Below are positions 57,889 through 64,000 of a stretch of 64,000 bases of DNA, one piece after another; the stretch's first letter is position 1; every line of letters starts with the position of its first letter. Position numbers and translations under genes: made by a program. The DNA is from a virus: IMG/VR virus record IMGVR_UViG_3300031414_000009, positions 102,152 to 166,151 of that record; one strand, given 5' to 3'. The notes beneath the pieces are model-generated. The model searched no databases and was not told the origin of the DNA. It saw only the letters and a program-made list of their open reading frames with translations.

Positions 57889-57930
57889 AAGCACTCCCTA
57901 CCCACTGCGGGTAGGGAGGCTTTTATGCCG
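57889..57930. terminator. bidirectional terminator (GCATAAAA family, reverse orientation)
   Basis: AAGCA-CTCCCTACCC..GGGTAGGGAG-GCTTTTATGCCG. Confidence 0.75.
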
Positions 57931-59169
57931 TCAGTGCGTAGTACGATAAATCTGAAGCCAGAAAGCATCCTGATAAACCGTGGGCTTATGGACATAGCGA
58001 TGTTGTGTTACCATCGTCTGCTTACGGAATTCAGTAGTACGCCGCATGTAGTTAGTGAAGAAGTATTCACTAGTACGAACAACGTAGTCATGCTTAGCTG
58101 CGTACCAAGTATAGTTGATCAGTCTGCCGGTGTCAGAGATCAGTGGGTACATTGGTTTACTGTACGCCACATAACGACCTGCCAGTTCAGCCTGGTGTGC
58201 CATGATGCGTTCAACGCCAATATCAACAGCATCGATCGTCACTACGAAACTTTGCGAGAGGGTTAACAACGCCGCAATGTTTTCAGTTGAAGTCAGTTCA
58301 GTGAAGTCCAGCTTGTCTTTACGGTTATTGAAGTGAGTCAACTTAATAGCCGAGACATCGGTATTCTGTTTCAGAATCCAGTACCGTTCAACAATCGGAT
58401 AGTCACGCATGTTCAATTTCAGTAACTGCGAACCCACCTGATCGTACGCATTGTCCAACAGATGCAAGTACCCACCGATAACAATACCAATCGTTTTATT
58501 GGTCGTATCGATGCCAGTGAGTTTCAGATAAACACTGTCGGTATACGGAAGATCATCGGTCGGGGGTATCAGCATCTCTGGCGTAATGGCAAAACGCTCA
58601 ACCTTACCGAGCTTCTCAAAGTTGAGAATGCCTACCCTGTTTTCTTTAGATGCTTGCAGACTTTTACCAGCGTCCTGGATAACCATACCGTCAGGAATTG
58701 CAACGGAGTTATGCACCAGTCCATTAACCAGGAATAAAGCGTATTGGTCAATCAGACTATAGTCAACGTCTGGTTTAGTCACGATAGCATCGATGGTTTG
58801 ATCTAAGGTGAGTTTCTGCTCGACAGCAATGTTGCGGTTATAACCCTGCACTTGAAACCCATGACACCACGCATCACGATAGGTCGCATAAACACGATCG
58901 TTTGCAGGCAGGTCATCGCTAAGTGGAATGGTCTGATTACCAATAGAAATCAGCCAGTCACCAAACTTAATAGGCAAGAAGCGAAGGTTGGTATTCAGGT
59001 CCCACATATTCAAACTGTAACGACGCTGTAGTTCAACAACCTCGATTTCCACCAGAGCACCGGTGTAGTTCGTGAATATCTGTTCGAGTGTTAACTCCGA
59101 CAGATTTACGGGATTCCACGTACCCGGAGCACCGACCTCGACGGCGGTTGCTTGTATGTATCTATACAT
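57931..59169 (-). CDS. virion structural protein
   Basis: 412 aa; VNGLVH, IGGYLH, LSQSFVV patterns seen in phiKZ-like structural proteins. Confidence 0.65.
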   Translation of the reverse strand: MYRYIQATAVEVGAPGTWNPVNLSELTLEQIFTNYTGALVEIEVVELQRRYSLNMWDLNTNLRFLPIKFGDWLISIGNQTIPLSDDLPANDRVYATYRDAWCHGFQVQGYNRNIAVEQKLTLDQTIDAIVTKPDVDYSLIDQYALFLVNGLVHNSVAIPDGMVIQDAGKSLQASKENRVGILNFEKLGKVERFAITPEMLIPPTDDLPYTDSVYLKLTGIDTTNKTIGIVIGGYLHLLDNAYDQVGSQLLKLNMRDYPIVERYWILKQNTDVSAIKLTHFNNRKDKLDFTELTSTENIAALLTLSQSFVVTIDAVDIGVERIMAHQAELAGRYVAYSKPMYPLISDTGRLINYTWYAAKHDYVVRTSEYFFTNYMRRTTEFRKQTMVTQHRYVHKPTVYQDAFWLQIYRTTH

Positions 59170-59282
59170 GTCATTACCTCGATAATCCGTGCTCGGAGGC
59201 CGACTTATAATATGTCATAGCCTACACCACGTAATACCCAAAGAAATTATTTTTTACACTAGGCTCGCAGAGGCGAACAGTT

Positions 59283-61775
59283 ATGTTTGATAAAAAGTAC
59301 CTATACGAATTCGATCCGTCTGGGGGTTTGGCGGCGAACCGTGTCCCACCCGAATCACATAGTATTAACCCTGCCAGTGGGTCCGACTACGATGTGATTA
59401 TCCCCAGTTTCGCGCCATTCTTCAAAAAGGGCCTGGTCGTAAAACACATCGCTAGCGGTCAAACGTTGACTGAGGGTGTGCATTTCGATTTGGGTTATCA
59501 TTTTGAAGCGGCATCCTTGGAATGTGCTACCCCAATCTACGGCGGAATCGTCGTTATTGACCGCACCCTTTCCGGTCGCTTAACCGTTGAGTATCAAACC
59601 CTCGGCGGTGAATGGGTCTTAGATGCACAAGAGATCCTGAACATCCTGGCGAACATCAAGAACGATCCCCGCGAAGTGAAGTGGGATGACGTTATCGATA
59701 AGCCTGTTGTCTTCCCACCGGTTGATCACCTTCACCACTCTGACGATCTCGTTGGCATGGATGATGTCGTTCAAGCGCTGGAGCAGATTCGTGTTACGCT
59801 GGGCGATTCTGCTAGCAAAGCATTAAAGGCTCTGCTTGAGCACATCCGCGACCACGCTAACCCACATCACGTTACCTTGGCACAGTTGGGTCTTGACTCA
59901 CTTGGTCAACTCTCAGAGGCAACTGAACAGGATGTTGACGCGGGTACCGATAGCATTCGTTTTATTAGTGCTCGTCGACTGGCGTATTTCTTAACTAAGA
60001 AAGTACAGCCTATCATTGACACGCATGCCAATAAAACTGACAACCCACATAAGGTAACCGCCACGCAGGTTGGTCTGAGTGACGTACCTAACTATCGCAT
60101 GGCTACTTTAGCCGAAGCAATGGAAGGTGTGTTAGGCAACCGCTTTATGTCACCGTCTCTGGTGCAAGCGCTTGTCGCTGACCGTATCGCAACTGCCATG
60201 GCAAACACTGGCGACAAACCTACCAAAGAGTCTATTGGTCTGGGTAATGTACAAAACTTCGGTATTGCTGATTTCGAGCAAGCTGTGGCTGGTACATCTA
60301 ACGAACTCTACATGACGCCACTACGTGTCGCTAACCATGTAGCCAACGCTATTGCAAGCGCTATGCAGGCGCACCTGGATGCCGACAACCCGCACAAGAT
60401 CACCGCGCTGACGGTTGGCTTGAATCTGGTGCAGAACTACGGTATTGCCACCGCAGGCGAGCTGAACTCCGGTGTAGCTACGAACAAGTACGTTACTGTT
60501 GCTGGCGTTACTGCGATGGTTGGCCGTATTGTCACAGACGGCGTTGCGAAGGACTTGCAGGACCACGAAGACGACAAGAATAACCCTCATGGTGTCAGTA
60601 AGGATCAGGTTGGGTTGGAGAACGTCGATAACTTCAAAACAGCACAAACCTCGCTAGACGTAACTTTAGGGAACACCAATATGTTCCTGACGCCAGCAGC
60701 GATGCTGTCGGCACTGTGGTCTCGTCTGAGTGAGCGTGTGGTTAAAGATGCTAAGATTGGCGATGTGGCATTTGCCGCAGACAATGAAGAGACTGGCGGC
60801 GCGCGGTATGCCCGCCTTATCAGTCGTGACATTGGCTTTGCAACCAGCGCTGCTGAAGTGACCACACTGAAAGGTGCGGATGAGAACTTCAAACGCGTGT
60901 TCAAAACGTGGCAGCGTTACAGTGTCGATGAAACCACCATGGTATCTCCGGCCATTGCAGCTGAACTTGATGCCTGGAAATTTGATGAGGCTAACAATCG
61001 CATCGTCTGTCAGGTGAACTCGGCTTCCCACATCGGTTTTGTATCGCCTAAGGCTTATAGCGATTACGTCTTCGAGGCTAAGTTAACGTCGTCCGACGCA
61101 GACGATGACCTCATTGGCGTGTTGATCGGTTATTATGTCGAAGGTGGACGTACCCACACCCTCACTGCCTTCCGTACACCGGGCAGTAACATTGCCATTG
61201 CGACGAAACTGTGGATGGTCATCAAAGATGCCTTTACTACGGACCAGAAAGTGATTGCCATGACGAATGGTGGTCTGAAGTGGTTTGATGGTGTTGTTGA
61301 TGACAACCGTTCTGCCGGTAGTACTGGCGGTGCCAACGCATCCACTACCGGTAAGGGGTGGGGAAACTGGTTGAATGGTGTACAGATCCGCGTAACTCGT
61401 GTGGGTGATGTATTCACACTGGAAACCACAGATCTGGATAGCGCCACCTACGTTGCCAGCGCCAAGCTGACTATCGACCTAACGACAGACGCCGACCTGG
61501 CTAACTTCATGGGTAGCTCACCAGTTGGCTACGCGTGCTACAGCCAGAGCATGTCGACCTGGAAGACGATAACTCGCCCTGACCTGCGCACGCCGATCTT
61601 CATTACCAGCAGCGGACAGGTTCAAGAGTACGATGGTGCTAAGTGGAACGTTGTGGATAAACCGGAAGACTATCTGTTCCCCGGCCAGCTTTACCACACG
61701 CCGTTGACCGGTAAGACCCACTTTGTGGACGACCTCGACGACATCGTCCTGATTGCCGATCTGAAAAGTAGTTAA
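59283..61775 (+). CDS. tail fibre protein with NPH repeats and lectin-like C-terminus
   Basis: N-terminal FAPFF..YQTLGG..FPP.DH.H domain; NPH.VT..Q.GL repeats; DDDLIGVLIGY. Confidence 0.8.
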   Translation: MFDKKYLYEFDPSGGLAANRVPPESHSINPASGSDYDVIIPSFAPFFKKGLVVKHIASGQTLTEGVHFDLGYHFEAASLECATPIYGGIVVIDRTLSGRLTVEYQTLGGEWVLDAQEILNILANIKNDPREVKWDDVIDKPVVFPPVDHLHHSDDLVGMDDVVQALEQIRVTLGDSASKALKALLEHIRDHANPHHVTLAQLGLDSLGQLSEATEQDVDAGTDSIRFISARRLAYFLTKKVQPIIDTHANKTDNPHKVTATQVGLSDVPNYRMATLAEAMEGVLGNRFMSPSLVQALVADRIATAMANTGDKPTKESIGLGNVQNFGIADFEQAVAGTSNELYMTPLRVANHVANAIASAMQAHLDADNPHKITALTVGLNLVQNYGIATAGELNSGVATNKYVTVAGVTAMVGRIVTDGVAKDLQDHEDDKNNPHGVSKDQVGLENVDNFKTAQTSLDVTLGNTNMFLTPAAMLSALWSRLSERVVKDAKIGDVAFAADNEETGGARYARLISRDIGFATSAAEVTTLKGADENFKRVFKTWQRYSVDETTMVSPAIAAELDAWKFDEANNRIVCQVNSASHIGFVSPKAYSDYVFEAKLTSSDADDDLIGVLIGYYVEGGRTHTLTAFRTPGSNIAIATKLWMVIKDAFTTDQKVIAMTNGGLKWFDGVVDDNRSAGSTGGANASTTGKGWGNWLNGVQIRVTRVGDVFTLETTDLDSATYVASAKLTIDLTTDADLANFMGSSPVGYACYSQSMSTWKTITRPDLRTPIFITSSGQVQEYDGAKWNVVDKPEDYLFPGQLYHTPLTGKTHFVDDLDDIVLIADLKSS

Positions 61776-61875
61776 TGCGGGATACCACGGGGATTTAGAA
61801 AGTTAAGTCCCCGTATTCTCAAGTTTATATTTTTACGAGAAGAGGATATCCCGCTTCTCAGTTGAGGATAATTAA

Positions 61876-63429
61876 ATGGCTACAAAAGTTATTAAGTATC
61901 CGTTGGACACGACTGGAAAGTCGAAGGACAACTTGGTACTTGCGGAGCCTCATGTTGTACCAAGAGACAACTCTCGTGCGTTTGCGACCTTCTATGGTCC
62001 ATTCTACACGGATAGTCTGGTGGTGCGGCAGAAAGGCAACGTGACCCCGCTTAAGCCGGGTACTGACTACAAGCCCATCATGCTGTACCAGGATGCAACA
62101 GTAATGTTGGGTCTCTCGGTTAGCGCTGCTATCATCATCACCAACAAGTCACTTGGTAACGATTTTGAAATCGACTATCAGGTTGTGGGTGGCCCGTTCA
62201 GTCTATCGTCTAGCGCCGTCTCTGATTTATTCGAAGCCTTGGAGCTGGATAACCGTAAAGTCAATTGGGTTGACGTTTTGGGTAAACCAGTTCGCTTCCC
62301 ACCGGCCCCCCACCTTCACGATGCCGATGACCTGTACGGCATGGAGTTTGTGACTGAGGCAATTGAGAACTTACGGATAGCAATTCTGACTGGTGACGTT
62401 GCATCGCATGAGCAGATTTATGACTACATCGATCGTGTTAAAGGTTTAATCTACATCGACGTTGATAAACTCAATGCTCGCGTAGACGCAACCAACGCAG
62501 ACGTTACGAAACTGCGTAAGGACTTGCAGGATCTGATCGATGGTGACATTGCTAACATGAAGCGCGACCTGTCCAACCACATTGCTGACAAGAATAACCC
62601 GCATGGGGTTACTAAAGCGCAGGTGGGTCTCAGTAACGTGCAGAACTATGCAATGGCTACGAATGCCAATGCCATCGATGAGAACAACGGTACTACGTAT
62701 CTGTCACCATCGGCTATGTGGTACGCACTGAAGCAGAAGATCTTACCGGTGATTAATAATCACATTGCGGATAAGAACAACCCACACGGAACGACTAAAG
62801 GTCAAGTCGGTCTTGGTGATGTGCCAAACCTGCCAATGGCCACCCAACCGGAAGCAGAAGCGGGTGGTACCAATGATCGCTTCATGTCACCACTACGCGC
62901 AATGCAGTTGATTAACGCCAAGGTAATGCCCGCACTCAATAACCACATCAACAACCGCAGTAACCCACATGGCGTTACTAAAGGACAGGTTGGTTTGGGT
63001 AGCGTGGATAACTTCAGGACGGCGAATGCCGCTGAATCCACTAACGGAAGCATTTGGGATGCGTTTGTCACGCCGGGTGGACTGGCGCAGGCCATTGCGC
63101 AGTTGTCGCCTAAAAACACCTTGGACGGTGGCTATCCAGGAACGTGGGTAGATAAAAGCACTGGGTTTATGATCCAATGGGGTTCAATACAGATGCCTGC
63201 TACGGACAAAACTACTACCGGCGGTACTGCCAACTTTAAAAATAGATTCCCGACTCGATGCTTGGGGGTAATGGCTTTACCTACCACCTCAGCATCTGGG
63301 GAAGGTTGGGTTTGTGTGGTGAGGATCAATGGCTACACCCAGACATCGGTATCTATTGGTTTGGACACAAACGAAAGCCACAAAATCTGGATAACCCAGA
63401 ACGTTCAATACATCGCCATCGGTTATTAA
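61876..63429 (+). CDS. tail fibre protein with NPH repeats and gp53-like C-terminal domain
   Basis: Paralogous N-terminus; 3 NPHG(V/T)TK.QVGL repeats; GFMIQWG..FPT.C..YIAIGY tip. Confidence 0.85.
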   Translation: MATKVIKYPLDTTGKSKDNLVLAEPHVVPRDNSRAFATFYGPFYTDSLVVRQKGNVTPLKPGTDYKPIMLYQDATVMLGLSVSAAIIITNKSLGNDFEIDYQVVGGPFSLSSSAVSDLFEALELDNRKVNWVDVLGKPVRFPPAPHLHDADDLYGMEFVTEAIENLRIAILTGDVASHEQIYDYIDRVKGLIYIDVDKLNARVDATNADVTKLRKDLQDLIDGDIANMKRDLSNHIADKNNPHGVTKAQVGLSNVQNYAMATNANAIDENNGTTYLSPSAMWYALKQKILPVINNHIADKNNPHGTTKGQVGLGDVPNLPMATQPEAEAGGTNDRFMSPLRAMQLINAKVMPALNNHINNRSNPHGVTKGQVGLGSVDNFRTANAAESTNGSIWDAFVTPGGLAQAIAQLSPKNTLDGGYPGTWVDKSTGFMIQWGSIQMPATDKTTTGGTANFKNRFPTRCLGVMALPTTSASGEGWVCVVRINGYTQTSVSIGLDTNESHKIWITQNVQYIAIGY

Positions 63430-63441
63430 TGAGGTACTGAA

Positions 63442-64000
63442 ATGGTTGACTATAGTAAGTTCACTAAAGACGGCATTATCCGTCGTAAGACTGCCATTGA
63501 AGCAGGCTACGTGAACAATAAGGATGACTTGGGTGGTGAGACCATCTGGGGCATCACTATTGCCACAGCCCGTGAGTATGGCTACACTGGTGCAATGCGC
63601 GACATGCCGCAGTCACTCGCATTTGAGATCTACGACAAAATGTGGTGGCAGCGCCTGTTGCTGGATCAGATTGTTGCGTTCCAACCGTTCCTTGCTGACC
63701 GTCTGTTCGACTTCAGCATTAACGCTGGTCGTAAGAATGCGGTTCTTGCACTGCAACGTATCCTGAACAGTCTGAACAACCAAGAGAAGCTGTATCCGGA
63801 TCTCGTGGTTGACGGTGCTATGGGCACTAAGACCATCACCGCAATCAAAGCGTTGCAAGGTGTTCGCGGTGCTGAAGGTATGTCCATCCTTGCGATGGCA
63901 CTGACGCACTTCCAAACCTACTACTACTTGGATATTTCCGAGAAACGCAAACAGAACGAAACCTTTACCTATGGTTGGTTCCGTCGCGTGTATCAGGAAG
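63442..64000 (+). CDS. endolysin, glycoside hydrolase family 108 with PG-binding domain (partial)
   Basis: Not in ORF track; hand translation MVDYSKFTKDGIIRRKTAIEAGYVNNKDDLGGETIWGIT..FDFSINAG..LQRILN..VDGAMGTKT..F.YGWFRR; GAGG RBS. Confidence 0.88.
   Translation, partial: MVDYSKFTKDGIIRRKTAIEAGYVNNKDDLGGETIWGITIATAREYGYTGAMRDMPQSLAFEIYDKMWWQRLLLDQIVAFQPFLADRLFDFSINAGRKNAVLALQRILNSLNNQEKLYPDLVVDGAMGTKTITAIKALQGVRGAEGMSILAMALTHFQTYYYLDISEKRKQNETFTYGWFRRVYQE

Noticed and set aside
1-64000. Stop-codon reassignment
   Set aside because: Standard-code ORFs tile the window densely, and TAA, TAG and TGA all end genes at sensible boundaries.

Overview
This 64 kb window is from a phiKZ/SPN3US-like jumbo phage (nucleus-forming lineage, Chimalliviridae-type), with a standard genetic code and roughly 48-50% GC by eye. 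It carries three split subunits of the virion multisubunit RNA polymerase (beta-N, beta'-N with GADFDGD, beta-C), a prohead protease, a 2162-aa tape-measure/lytic transglycosylase, UvsX/RecA, RNase H, an SbcC/Rad50 ATPase, a tail spike, two NPH-repeat tail fibres and a GH108 endolysin cut by the window end. A tandem array of nine paralogous virion proteins (3.5-10.75 kb) sits between minus-strand accessory operons. Those operons start at a repeated early-promoter-like motif (TTTnAnnTAYAYWWYAC, 6 copies) and are rich in small membrane and periplasmic proteins. The most interesting unexplained signals are: a ~340-nt highly structured non-coding element (19.09-19.43 kb) inside a putatively strongly expressed 3-gene operon, directly after a peptide ending in an ssrA-like tag; a dispersed GCATAAAA-hairpin-TTTATGC terminator family; two other multi-stem intergenic structures; early two-TM micro-proteins; and a thrombospondin-C-like lectin tip on one fibre. 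phiKZ/SPN3US gp numbers come from remembered motifs and synteny and were not checked against a database. No tRNA, rRNA, CRISPR array, integrase, intron or intein was recognised.
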